A stretch of DNA of 64,000 bases, taken from contig CAWJPQ010000006.1 in assembly GCA_963844825.1 (NCBI GenBank), positions 136,512 through 200,511 of the forward strand. The letters run 5' to 3'. The position numbers were made by a program, and so were the translations under genes. Every line of letters begins with the position of its first letter. Position 1 is the first letter of the stretch. Origin of the DNA: an uncultured Gammaproteobacteria bacterium (GTDB taxonomy: Bacteria > Pseudomonadota > Gammaproteobacteria > CAWJPQ01). Shown in pieces: positions 21,210-31,000 of this stretch. The notes beneath the pieces are model-generated. The model did no database searches. It was not told the DNA's origin and saw only the letters and a program-made list of their open reading frames with translations.

Positions 21210-22352
21210 TCAATTGCCGTGGAGAAAGTCGATGACCTCGCCGTGCCGGCGCATGGTGTCTGAATATCCTAATTTTATTAATTCCTTGCAGAAGGGCTTT
21301 TCGAAGAGCAGGTAGCTCATGAGGCTGGAGCCCTTGTGCCCGTAGGCCCCCATGCCGCGCAGCAGGAAGCGCATCGACCGGGGGAGCTCGCGGGCGTGGC
21401 GGTGGGCGATGTGATCGAGGTTTTCACTGGGGAAGATGGACAAGACCTTAACCGGTCGCAGGGACACCCCGCCCTCCTCCAGGTGGTGATCGGGGATCAG
21501 GGTCAGGGTGTTGTTGATTCGCCGGAGGCGTTCCAGGTCGACCTCCAGACTGTCGAGAAAAATACTGTTCAAGACATGACCCGCGATCTCCGCAATGGAA
21601 GGATACCCGTTGACTATGGGCTGCGCCGCCGGCCCACCAGCGGTGTTATGGGTGCCGACCACGAACAGGCGGTCGGCACCCAGGTGCAGGGCCGGGCTGA
21701 CCGGGGCAATCTCGCGCATGGTCCCGTCGCCGAAATACTCGCCGTGAAGCTGTACCGCCTCGAAGACGAACGGTATCGCCGACGAGGCCATCAGGTGGTC
21801 GATATTGATGACGCCCGGCCGCCCGAGGCGCCTGGCCCGATCCCAGTCCTCCAGGCCTTTGATGCCCTGGTAAAAGGTGATCGAGTGCCCCGAGGTATAG
21901 CTGGACAGGGTAACCCCCAGGGCATGGAGGGCGCCGGCCTCGATGGAGCGCCGGATGTCGCGGCAGTCGAGGTATTCACTCAGCAGCCGGCGCAACGGCC
22001 GGCGGTCAAGCAGGGCATGGGGGTTGTGCTTGCCCAGACCGCCCATCAGCATGGCCAGCCCCCAGCGCATCCCGTTCCATACGACACCCGGCATGTCGGC
22101 GCGAAAGACCTGCCCGACGGTGAAATTGGACCACAGATAGGCGAGGGTCCGCACGCCCTCGCGAAACTGCCGTGCCGAGGCCGCCAGGGCCGCGCCGTTG
22201 ATCGCCCCCGCGGAACTGCCGGTAATCACGGGAAAGGGATTGGGCGCCCGCTTGGGCCACAACCGATTGATCGCGGTGAGCACCCCGACCTGATAGGCGG
22301 CCCGCGCGCCCCCGCCGGACAGCACCAGGCCTACCCTTTCTTTATCACCCAT
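21210..22352 (-). CDS. Patatin-like phospholipase
   Basis: 380 aa with oxyanion box SGGGARAAYQVG, nucleophile elbow GSSAG and a downstream GDG Asp motif. Confidence 0.9.
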   Translation of the reverse strand: MGDKERVGLVLSGGGARAAYQVGVLTAINRLWPKRAPNPFPVITGSSAGAINGAALAASARQFREGVRTLAYLWSNFTVGQVFRADMPGVVWNGMRWGLAMLMGGLGKHNPHALLDRRPLRRLLSEYLDCRDIRRSIEAGALHALGVTLSSYTSGHSITFYQGIKGLEDWDRARRLGRPGVINIDHLMASSAIPFVFEAVQLHGEYFGDGTMREIAPVSPALHLGADRLFVVGTHNTAGGPAAQPIVNGYPSIAEIAGHVLNSIFLDSLEVDLERLRRINNTLTLIPDHHLEEGGVSLRPVKVLSIFPSENLDHIAHRHARELPRSMRFLLRGMGAYGHKGSSLMSYLLFEKPFCKELIKLGYSDTMRRHGEVIDFLHGN

Positions 22353-22424
22353 CGCCTCATACTTCCCGCTTTGTCAGCCTAGGCCTCACGCTGCGAATTC
22401 TGTGCCAACATCCCCGTAACCCTT

Positions 22425-22565
22425 GGGGTCGGACCTATCTAACCTATTGTATTACTGGAAAATCAACAGCCACAATCGGCGTTTTTTGAGCTTAAATGCC
22501 CCTTTTTGGCCCCAGTTTGATAGGTCATGGGCCCCACTCTCAACACATCGACGCTGTATAACTGC
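22425..22565. repeat. Solo copy of the terminal ~140 bp (3'-side end) of the Y1-transposase element
   Basis: It starts with the terminal motif ggggtcggacctat and aligns along its length with 22566-22700 and 26451-26590 (shared ...ggcgttttttg.gcttaaa.gccc.tttt.gg...cagtttgatag). Confidence 0.8.
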
Positions 22566-23494
22566 GGGGTCGGACCCGCGTAACCGGATGTATCGAATAA
22601 ATTTTAGCGCCAGAAATAGCCGTTATTTTGGCTTAGAGGGCCCATTTCCGGGTCAGTTTGATAGCTCTCATCGGGCTCTCGCAGCACATGCCCGCCCTGA
22701 GCCCGGCTGACCTCCCGCCCGCGTCGGGCCACACCCAGCCGCCGCTTCACATCTTCAACAAACGACTCGCTGCCAATGGCAACACTGCCCGACCACCGCG
22801 GCTGCCGGGACAACTGGCCGTGTTGCAGGCCCTCCTCTAGCCAGCGCCGGTGCGCCTCGACCAACTGCCGGGGCTCGCGCAGCCCGCATAAAGCAGCCAG
22901 GCTTACCGTATCGATGACCCGGTAGCGATTCGGGGGCGCTTGAATCTCACAATAACCGCCGTGGGGCCACGCCCCCGGATGCGCCACGACGCCCGCCCGG
23001 ACCATGTTGAGATCAATGTACACCAGGCAACGGATCAGGTGTTCACCGGCCTCAACGGCGGTAGCATGGTAGCGGTCTTCCCAAAAAGCCCCCTTTCGCC
23101 CCTTGCGCCGGTTGTACTCCTGGCCCGTGCGGCCGGCGATCAGCTGGATGCTCTTTGGCAGAGCGTCGTCGCCCGTATCCTTGACAAGCAAGTGAATGTG
23201 ATTGCAGGTAACCACGTAATTCAGGACGCACAATCCAAACCGCTTCTTGGCCTCAAACAGCCAATAGCGCCAACGGGTACGGTCCTTGGCATATCTCAGG
23301 AGGAACTGTTGCCGGTGACAGCGGTGCGTAATGTGCCAGACATGACCCGGCACGAAGTAACGATGGGCTCTGGGCATGGCGCTTCATCCTTAAAGTAATC
23401 TTTTTGTCCTTAAAAAGATGCCTCTAAGCTTAAAATGCCCCGCGTTGAGGAGCAAACGCCATGGAAATTCAATGCGTTATATAGGTCCGACCCC
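22566..23494 (-). mobile_element. Intact insertion element with 12-14-bp terminal inverted repeats (GGGGTCGGACC...) carrying a Y1/HUH transposase
   Basis: Left end is ggggtcggaccc at 22566. Right end is ataggtccgacccc at 23481-23494. A subterminal hairpin atctttttg-tcctt-aaaaagat lies upstream of the transposase start. Confidence 0.8.
22604..23377 (-). CDS. Y1 HUH transposase, COG1943 / REP-associated tyrosine transposase (RayT)-like
   Basis: 257 aa starting MPRAHRYFVPGHVWHITHRCHRQQFLL. HUH motif is NHIHLLV. Candidate catalytic Tyr lies in GRTGQEYNRRKGRKGAFWEDRYH. Confidence 0.85.
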   Translation of the reverse strand: MPRAHRYFVPGHVWHITHRCHRQQFLLRYAKDRTRWRYWLFEAKKRFGLCVLNYVVTCNHIHLLVKDTGDDALPKSIQLIAGRTGQEYNRRKGRKGAFWEDRYHATAVEAGEHLIRCLVYIDLNMVRAGVVAHPGAWPHGGYCEIQAPPNRYRVIDTVSLAALCGLREPRQLVEAHRRWLEEGLQHGQLSRQPRWSGSVAIGSESFVEDVKRRLGVARRGREVSRAQGGHVLREPDESYQTDPEMGPLSQNNGYFWR

Positions 23495-23900
23495 CCGCCT
23501 GGCCCGCCTAAGTGGCGCGCAGGCGGCATTGCCTTCAACGGCGGCAACAACCCGTGGTCTTTGACTGATGTCAATTCGGTCCCCGAATGGGCGATTACAA
23601 TAGCCTTGGTATGGCACAGGCGGCGAACAGCTTCGCCGGGTACGGACGGGAGACGATTTTTATCGGATTGTTAAAGGGCCGGACGGGCCGCCGCTGTGCG
23701 GCTGGAGGGAGACCGGCCCGGCGCCCGTAGGGTCAATGGAACTTAAGCCTGCCGCCCGACTCGTACAATTACAGTTTATTTCAACACATCACCGTTCATT
23801 AAACCCTGGGGTGTGCATCAGCTGAGGCGCGCTCCCGGGCGCTTGAGGTCCGTGAACCTGCGGCCCCCGAGCCGGCGCGTGGCGACTGAAGGAGAACCAA

Positions 23901-26438
23901 ATGGCAGACAACGCCAAGGACAAGCGCGATGAAGCCGCGCACCGTGATGCTTCGTCGGACCGCAACAAGCTCGAGGAAAAGGGCATCGACGAGGTCTTCA
24001 AAGACCTTGACAGCAGCAAGAAGGGACTCAGCGAAGAGCAGGCCCAGCAGCGTCTGGAACGCTACGGACCCAACTCGCTGCAAGAGAAGCGGGTCAATCC
24101 CCTGCTCAAATTCCTGGGCTATTTCTGGGGCCCCATCGCGTGGATGATCGAAGCGGCGGCGGTGCTCTCCGCGGTGATAGGGCACTGGGCGGACCTGACT
24201 ATCATCCTGGTGTTGTTGCTGTTCAATGCGGTGGTGGGCTTCTGGGAGGAATACCAGGCCGGCAACGCGATCGAGCAACTCAAAAAGACCCTTGCCCTGA
24301 AGGCGCGCGTGCTCAGAGACGGCGCCTGGCGTGAGATCGACGCCAAAGACCTCGTGCCCGGCGACATCGTGCGCCTGCACCTCGGGGCAATCGTTCCCGC
24401 GGACATCAAGCTCATTGAAGGCGATTACCTGAGTGTCGATCAGTCGGCCCTGACCGGCGAGTCGCTGCCGGTGGATAAGAAGGCCGGCGATGTCGCCTAC
24501 TCGAGCTCCATCACCAAGCAGGGCACGATGGTCGGTCTGGTCGCCGCCACCGGGATGCATACCTTCTTCGGCAAGACCGCCCAGCTCGTGGGCGAGGCCG
24601 AGCACGTCTCCCACTTCCAGAAGGCGGTGACCACCATCGGCCGCTACCTCATCTACATGAGCCTTGCGCTGGTGGCGATACTGGTCGGCGAGGAAATCTA
24701 CCGCTCGGCGCCGATCTTTCGCCTGATCGAGTTCGCCCTCATTCTGACAGTGGCGTCGATCCCGGTGGCCATGCCCGCTGTCCTCTCGGTGACCATGGCG
24801 GTGGGCGCCATGGCCCTGTCGAAGATGAAGGCGATCGTATCGCGCCTCGATGCCATCGAGGAAATGGCCGGAATGGATGTCCTGTGCTCGGACAAGACCG
24901 GCACCCTGACCCAGAACAAGCTCACCCTCGGCGACCCGGTATGCTTCGGCGACACCTCCGAAAAAGACCTGATCCTCGCCGGCGCCCTCGCCTCGCCCAC
25001 CGACGACCGGGACGCTATCGACCAGGCCGTGGCCAAGGGCCTTGAGGATGAAAGCGCCCTCGACGGATACACCCAGAACACATTCACACCGTTCGATCCG
25101 GTGAGCAAGCGCACCGAGGCGCAGATCACCGACTCCCAGGGCGGCACCTTCAAAGTCAGCAAGGGCGCGCCCCAAGTCATCCTGGACATGGCCCGGCCCG
25201 ATGACGATCTCAGAAAAAAAGCCGAGGCGCAGGTCAACCAGTTCGCCGAGCAGGGTTTTCGCACCCTCGGTGTGGCGCGCAGCGATGACGGCGAGCACTG
25301 GACCTTTCTCGGCCTGCTGCCCCTGTCCGACCCGCCCCGCGAAGACGCCAAAGAGGTCATCGAGCAGGCGCAGCGGCACGGGCTCACGGTCAAGATGGTC
25401 ACCGGCGACAACATTGCCATCGGCCGGCAGATCGCCACCGAGATCGGCCTGGGCGGCAATATCCTCGCGGCGGATGCCCTCGTGAAGGACGGCAAGGGCG
25501 AGAAGCTGGACCTCGATTCGGTGCGCAGAATCGGCGAGGCGGACGGCTTCGCCCAGGTGGCCCCGGAACACAAGTATGCCATCGTCAAGGCGCTGCAAAG
25601 CCAGGATCACCTGGTGGGCATGACCGGCGACGGCGTCAACGATGCCCCGGCCCTCAGCCAGGCGGACGTGGGGATCGCCGTGTCGGGCGCGACCGACGCA
25701 GCGCGCTCCGCCGCGGCACTGGTGCTCACCGCTCCGGGGCTGGGGGTGATCATAAACGCCGTGGAAGAGGCGCGCCGCATCTTCGAGCGCATGAATTCCT
25801 ACGCGATTTATCGCGTCACCGAGACCATCCGCATCATGATCTTCGTGGTGCTGACGATCGTGCTGTACCGGTTCTACCCGATCACCACCGTGCTGATCAT
25901 CCTGCTGGCCCTGCTCAACGACCTGCCGATCATGACCATCGCCTACGACAATACGTGGCTGAGTCCGGTCCCCACACGCTGGAAAATGCGGCGGGTACTC
26001 ACCGTGGCATCGACCCTCGGCCTCATCGGTGTGGTGGAGACCTTCGGCCTGCTCGTCATCGCGATGCACTTCTTCAACCTCAGCCAATCGCAAATCCAGT
26101 CCCTGATCTTCCTGAAGCTTGCGGTGGCCGGACACCTGACGCTGATGGTCGCGCGCACCAAGCGCCGCTTCTTCCAACCGCCCTATCCCTCTTTCATCCT
26201 GCTCGGCGCGGTGTTGAGCACCCAGACCGTGGCCGCCATGATCGTCGGCTTCGGGCTATTCGTCGCGAAGGTCCCCTGGGTCGACGTCGGCCTGGTGTGG
26301 ATCTATGCCCTGGCATGGATGCTGGTCGAGGACGAAGCCAAATTGCTCGTCTACCGCTACCTGGAGCCGGCCGAAGCCGAGAGGCAACAGGCCCAGGCCC
26401 CGCCGCGGGCCGGGGCACAGCAAGCGTCCCACCGATAA
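23901..26438 (+). CDS. Plasma-membrane-type proton-efflux P-type ATPase (P3A subfamily)
   Basis: 845 aa with a strong SD (AAGGAG). P-type motifs present: TGES, CSDKTGTLTQNKLT, TGDN, GDGVNDAPAL. The N-terminal half closely parallels plant AHA-type H+-ATPases (LLKFLGYFWGPIAWMIEAAA..., DQSALTGESLPV, HTFFGK). Confidence 0.88.
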   Translation: MADNAKDKRDEAAHRDASSDRNKLEEKGIDEVFKDLDSSKKGLSEEQAQQRLERYGPNSLQEKRVNPLLKFLGYFWGPIAWMIEAAAVLSAVIGHWADLTIILVLLLFNAVVGFWEEYQAGNAIEQLKKTLALKARVLRDGAWREIDAKDLVPGDIVRLHLGAIVPADIKLIEGDYLSVDQSALTGESLPVDKKAGDVAYSSSITKQGTMVGLVAATGMHTFFGKTAQLVGEAEHVSHFQKAVTTIGRYLIYMSLALVAILVGEEIYRSAPIFRLIEFALILTVASIPVAMPAVLSVTMAVGAMALSKMKAIVSRLDAIEEMAGMDVLCSDKTGTLTQNKLTLGDPVCFGDTSEKDLILAGALASPTDDRDAIDQAVAKGLEDESALDGYTQNTFTPFDPVSKRTEAQITDSQGGTFKVSKGAPQVILDMARPDDDLRKKAEAQVNQFAEQGFRTLGVARSDDGEHWTFLGLLPLSDPPREDAKEVIEQAQRHGLTVKMVTGDNIAIGRQIATEIGLGGNILAADALVKDGKGEKLDLDSVRRIGEADGFAQVAPEHKYAIVKALQSQDHLVGMTGDGVNDAPALSQADVGIAVSGATDAARSAAALVLTAPGLGVIINAVEEARRIFERMNSYAIYRVTETIRIMIFVVLTIVLYRFYPITTVLIILLALLNDLPIMTIAYDNTWLSPVPTRWKMRRVLTVASTLGLIGVVETFGLLVIAMHFFNLSQSQIQSLIFLKLAVAGHLTLMVARTKRRFFQPPYPSFILLGAVLSTQTVAAMIVGFGLFVAKVPWVDVGLVWIYALAWMLVEDEAKLLVYRYLEPAEAERQQAQAPPRAGAQQASHR

Positions 26439-26450
26439 ACAAGCAACCCC

Positions 26451-26992
26451 GGGGTCGGACCTACGTAATCGATTGTTTTATTGCGCAATCAATGCCAAAA
26501 ACAGGCGTTTTTTGCGCTTAGAAGGCCCTTTTTTGGGTCAATTTGATAGCCCTAAGCCGGTTATCGCAACACCTGCCATGGTGATCTCGCCTTGTCTCGC
26601 GCCTCTGAGCCGTCCCACCCAGATGCTGTCTCACGGCATCAACAAACGACCCGCCCCCGGCTGTTACCCTGCTCTTCCCGACCGACTGCCCGTTGGAAGT
26701 CATGGCAAGTGACGAAGTCATTGAACACGCAAGGCTTAAACGGCTGCTTGGCTTCAAGCAGCCACTTGCACCGGTCGGTACTTGCGATAGGTCGCGGATC
26801 TCAGGAGAAATTACTGGCGGTGAGTTGAGCAAGGTGCGGGGCTAACCCGGCCCAGAGCAACGAGGGCTCTGGGCATGACGCTCCATCCTTAAGGCAATCT
26901 TTTTGCCCCCAAAAAGATGCCTCTAAGCTGAAAATGCCCTGCGCTGAAGAGCAAATGGAGTTATAATTCAGTGTATTAGGTAGGTCCGACCC
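26451..26992 (-). mobile_element. Internally deleted, non-autonomous copy of the Y1-transposase element (transposase remnant only)
   Basis: Same termini as the intact copy: ggggtcggacctac at 26451 and taggtccgaccc at 26981-26992. It retains the MPRA start (ATG at about 26877) and the homologous C-terminal coding remnant (SFVDAVRQHLGG... versus SFVEDVKRRLGV...). The HUH core is missing. Confidence 0.8.
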
Positions 26993-27010
26993 GCTACCTT
27001 TAAATACAGC

Positions 27011-27086
<76 letters not shown>

Positions 27087-27185
27087 ACATGTCAGTCGAA
27101 CGCGCGGCTTATAGTACTGGGGCGGCAGGCATCGGTCAATACAATGGCGTGAATTGATTGATTTTATTCATGGGTTGGAGGAACA

Positions 27186-27800
27186 ATGGACTGGGATGGC
27201 GCGGGCGTGGAGATTTTTGCTTCGGGGTCGATGTCTCCCACAGAACAGGTGCACAGCATGGCGAACCGGGACAAAGTCAGCGACGAAGAAAGCGAGCTGT
27301 TCCGCCGGATGGTGGATGGGGTCACCCCTTTGAACCACGACCGCGTGCAGCACCCGCGCAAAAGGGTCCCGCCGGTGCCCAAGCAGTCCCTCGAGGACGA
27401 GCGCCGGGTCATCGAGGACATGCTGTCCGACGTCATCGACCCGGCGGACGTGGAGAGCGGCGACGAGTTGCTGTTCCACCGCCCGGGGATCCAGCACGGG
27501 GTGCTGCGCAAGCTGCGCCGGGGCCAGTACAGCATCGACGCCGAGCTCGACCTGCACGGCATGACCTCCCGGGATGCCCGCCAGGCCCTCGCCGAGTTCC
27601 TGCGCCTGTGCGGCTTCAACAGCGCCAAGTGCGTGCGGATCATCCACGGCAAGGGACGCGGCTCCGCCCAGGGCCGGCCCGTCCTCAAGAACAAGGTCAA
27701 CCACTGGCTGCAGCAGCGGGACGACGTGCTGGCATTTTGCTCGGCGCGGGCGGTGGACGGCGGAACCGGCGCCATCTACGTATTGCTCAAGCGCCAATGA
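27186..27800 (+). CDS. Smr-domain protein (SmrA/YdaL-like endonuclease)
   Basis: C-terminal Smr domain ELDLHGMTSRDARQALAEFL...VRIIHGKGRGS...LKNKVNHWLQQRDDVLAF. The start is uncertain, with internal Met candidates. Confidence 0.85.
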   Translation: MDWDGAGVEIFASGSMSPTEQVHSMANRDKVSDEESELFRRMVDGVTPLNHDRVQHPRKRVPPVPKQSLEDERRVIEDMLSDVIDPADVESGDELLFHRPGIQHGVLRKLRRGQYSIDAELDLHGMTSRDARQALAEFLRLCGFNSAKCVRIIHGKGRGSAQGRPVLKNKVNHWLQQRDDVLAFCSARAVDGGTGAIYVLLKRQ

Positions 27801-28003
27801 GCCCCTCCCCGGCTTGAACAGCCCTCCCCCAGCACAGGTCCCGGCTTACCATGCGTCCCCGCGGCGACTACCACGGCCTCCTTTAAATATCCGGCGGACG
27901 GACAAATATTGTTTGTCAGACATGGCATAATAGTCCCTTGCCGACGGGCAGGTTCAAAACTTTATTGTTTATAATTCATTAAATTATTACACTTTCATCA
28001 TAA

Positions 28004-31000
28004 ATGACATTAGCAGCAGCCGGACAGGATCCCGTCCCCGCCGGGGGCACGACGCCGTTTCAACCCATCGTCCCCGGCCGCCCGGGGACCACCACCCACT
28101 GGGGGCGCCTCTATGGCAGCAGCTACGGCCTGGTCATCAGCGCGGCCGCCCGGCGCCATCAAGGCCCGGTGATCCTGGTTACCCCGGATACGGCCGCCGC
28201 CGAGCACCTGATCCACGAGATCCGCTTTTATACCGACGGCGACGACCTGCCCGTCAGCGGTTTTCCCGATTGGGAGACCCTGCCCTACGACGTGTTCTCC
28301 CCCCATCAGGACATCATCTCCCAGCGCCTGCGCACCCTGTATCAGCTGCCGTCCTGGCATCAGGGCATCCTGGTGCTCCCCATCACCACCTTGCTCCAGC
28401 GCCTGCCGCCGCGCACCTATCTCAACGCCTACAGCCTGATCCTGCGCAAGGGCCAGGCCCTGGACGTGGACAACATGCGCCGGCGCCTGGAGGCCGCGGG
28501 CTATCACTGCGTCTCCCAGGCCGGCGAGCACGGGGAATTCGCCGTGCGCGGCTCGCTGATGGATATCTTCCCCATGGGCAGCGACGTGCCCTACCGGATC
28601 GATCTGTTCGATCAGGAGATCGAGACCATCCGCACCTTCGACCCGGAGACCCAGCGCTCCATCGATACCCAGGACGAGGTGGAACTGCTGCCGGCGCGCG
28701 AGTTCCCCATGACCGACGACAGCATCAAGCACTTTCGCCAGGCCTTTCGCGACACCTTCGAGGGCGACCCCCAGCGCAGCATCATTTACCGGGACATCAG
28801 CCAGGGCCTGGGCTCGGCGGGCATCGAGTACTACCTGCCCCTGTTCTTCGACACCACCGAGTCCCTGTTCGACTATATTCCAGGCCAGGCCCTGCTGGTG
28901 GTGACCGAAGGGGTCCAGGAGGCGGCCGAGGCCTTTCGCCGCCAGGTGGAAGAGCGCTACGAGCAGGGACGCTACAACCCGGAGCGCCCACTGCTGCCCC
29001 CGGCACGCCTGTACCTCGACATGGAGACCTTTGATCAGGCCGTCGCGGGCTTTCCCCGGGTGGAGCTGCAGCACTATGAGGAGACTCAGCAGGGGACCGG
29101 GCGCGACGGCGCCGTCAACTACTGCACCGCCGCCCCGCCCCTGCTGCGCCAGGACGGACGGACCCCGCACAGCGCCGCGGCCCTGAAGGAGTTTGTCAGC
29201 GGTTTCGGCGGCCGGGTGCTGTTCGCCGCGGAGTCGCCGGGTCGACGTGAGGTGATCAAGGAGATGCTCCACGGGGCCGAGGTGTACCCGGCCGCGGTCT
29301 CCGGCTGGGGGGAGTTTGTTGCGGGCGACCAGCCCATCGCCATCACCGTCGGCGAGCTGGATCAGGGCCTGGTCGTCGAGGAGCCGCGCCTGGCGGTGAT
29401 CACCGAGTCCCAGCTCTACGGCGAGCGGGCATCCCAGCGCCGGCGGCGCAAGCGCCCGGCACGGGACGGCGACGCGGTCATCCGCGACCTGACCGACCTG
29501 AACATCGGCGCGCCGGTGGTGCACATCGACCATGGCGTGGGGCGCTACCAGGGCCTGCAGACCCTGGCGATCGGGGGCGTGGAGACCGAATTCCTCACTC
29601 TTGAATATGCGGGCGGCGACAAGCTCTACGTCCCGGTCTCCTCCCTGCACCTCATCAACCGCTACACCGGCGCGGCCGCCGAGGAGGCGCCCCTGCACAA
29701 GCTCGGCAGCGGGCAATGGCAGAAGGCCCGCCAGCGCGCCGCCCAGCGCGCCTTTGATGTGGCCGTGGAGCTGCTGGACGTCTATGCCAAGCGCGAGGCC
29801 CGCAAGGGTCATGCCTTTCATATGCCCGACGAGCAGTACAGCGGCTTTTGCACGGCCTTCCCCTTCGAGGAGACCCCCGATCAGGAACAGGCCATCGAAC
29901 AGACCATCAAGGACATGGCCGGCGACAGGCCCATGGACCGGCTGGTATGCGGCGACGTGGGCTTCGGCAAGACCGAGGTGGCCATGCGCGCGGCGTTCAT
30001 CGCCGTGCAGAGCAACAAGCAGGTGGCCGTGCTGGTCCCCACCACCCTGCTCGCCCAGCAGCACTACCAGAACTTCAGGGACCGCTTCGCCGACTGGCCG
30101 GTCAAGGTCGAGCTGCTGTCGCGCTTTCGCACCAAGGCCCAGCAGGACGAGGTGCTGCGCGGCATTGAAAAGGGCACGGTGGACATCGTCATCGGCACCC
30201 ACAAGCTGCTCAACAGCAACGTCAAGTTCAAGAACCTGGGCCTGATGATCCTGGACGAGGAGCACCGCTTCGGCGTGCGGCAAAAGGAAAAGCTCAAGGC
30301 CCTGCGCTCGGAGGTGGACGTGCTGACCCTGACCGCCACGCCCATCCCCCGCACCCTGAACATGGCCCTGTCGGGGATGCGCGACCTGTCCATCATCGCC
30401 ACCCCGCCCCAGCACCGCCTGGCCATCAAGACCTTTGTCAGGCCATGGGACGCCTCGCTGATCCGCGAGGCCTGCCTGCGCGAGATCAAGCGCGGGGGTC
30501 AGGTCTATTTCCTGCACAACGAGGTGCGCAACATCGACAAGGCCGCCCGCGACCTGCAGGCCATCGTCCCCGAGGCGACCATCCGCGTCGCCCACGGCCA
30601 GATGCCCGAACGGGAGCTGGAGCACGTCATGCTGGATTTCTATCACCAGCGCTTCAACATCCTGGTGTGCTCCACCATCATCGAGTCGGGGATCGACGTC
30701 CCCAACGCCAACACCATCATCATCAACCGCGCGGACAAGTTCGGCCTCGCCCAGCTCTATCAGCTGCGCGGGCGGGTGGGCCGCTCCCATCACCAGGCCT
30801 ATGCCTTTCTGATCATCCCCCCGCGGGGCGCCATGACCCCCGACGCCATCAAGCGCCTGGATGCCATCGAGTCCCTGGAGGAGCTGGGCTCGGGCTTCAC
30901 CCTGGCCACCCACGACCTGGAGATCCGCGGGGCCGGCGAGCTGCTCGGCGACGAGCAAAGCGGGCACATGCACGAGGTCGGGTTCACCCTCTACATGGAG

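Noticed and set aside
23495-23900. Possible riboswitch or leader peptide upstream of the H+-ATPase (for example Mg2+-sensing leaders of mgtA-type pumps); ORF 23435..23674
   Set aside because: I recognise no known riboswitch consensus by eye. The 79-aa ORF starts inside the element's terminal repeat and has no supporting features. It is left as an unexplained long leader, mentioned under the ATPase finding.
26518-26832. 104-aa ORF as an independent small gene downstream of the ATPase
   Set aside because: Its C-terminal part aligns with the C-terminus of the RayT-like transposase at 22604..23377, and it lies within matching element termini. It is a remnant of a deleted transposase, not a new gene.
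27930-28003. Strikingly AT-rich ~75-bp tract immediately upstream of mfd in an otherwise GC-rich region
   Set aside because: It is probably just promoter/UP-element DNA. It has no repeats and no similarity to the mobile-element ends, and there is no evidence of an insertion junction.
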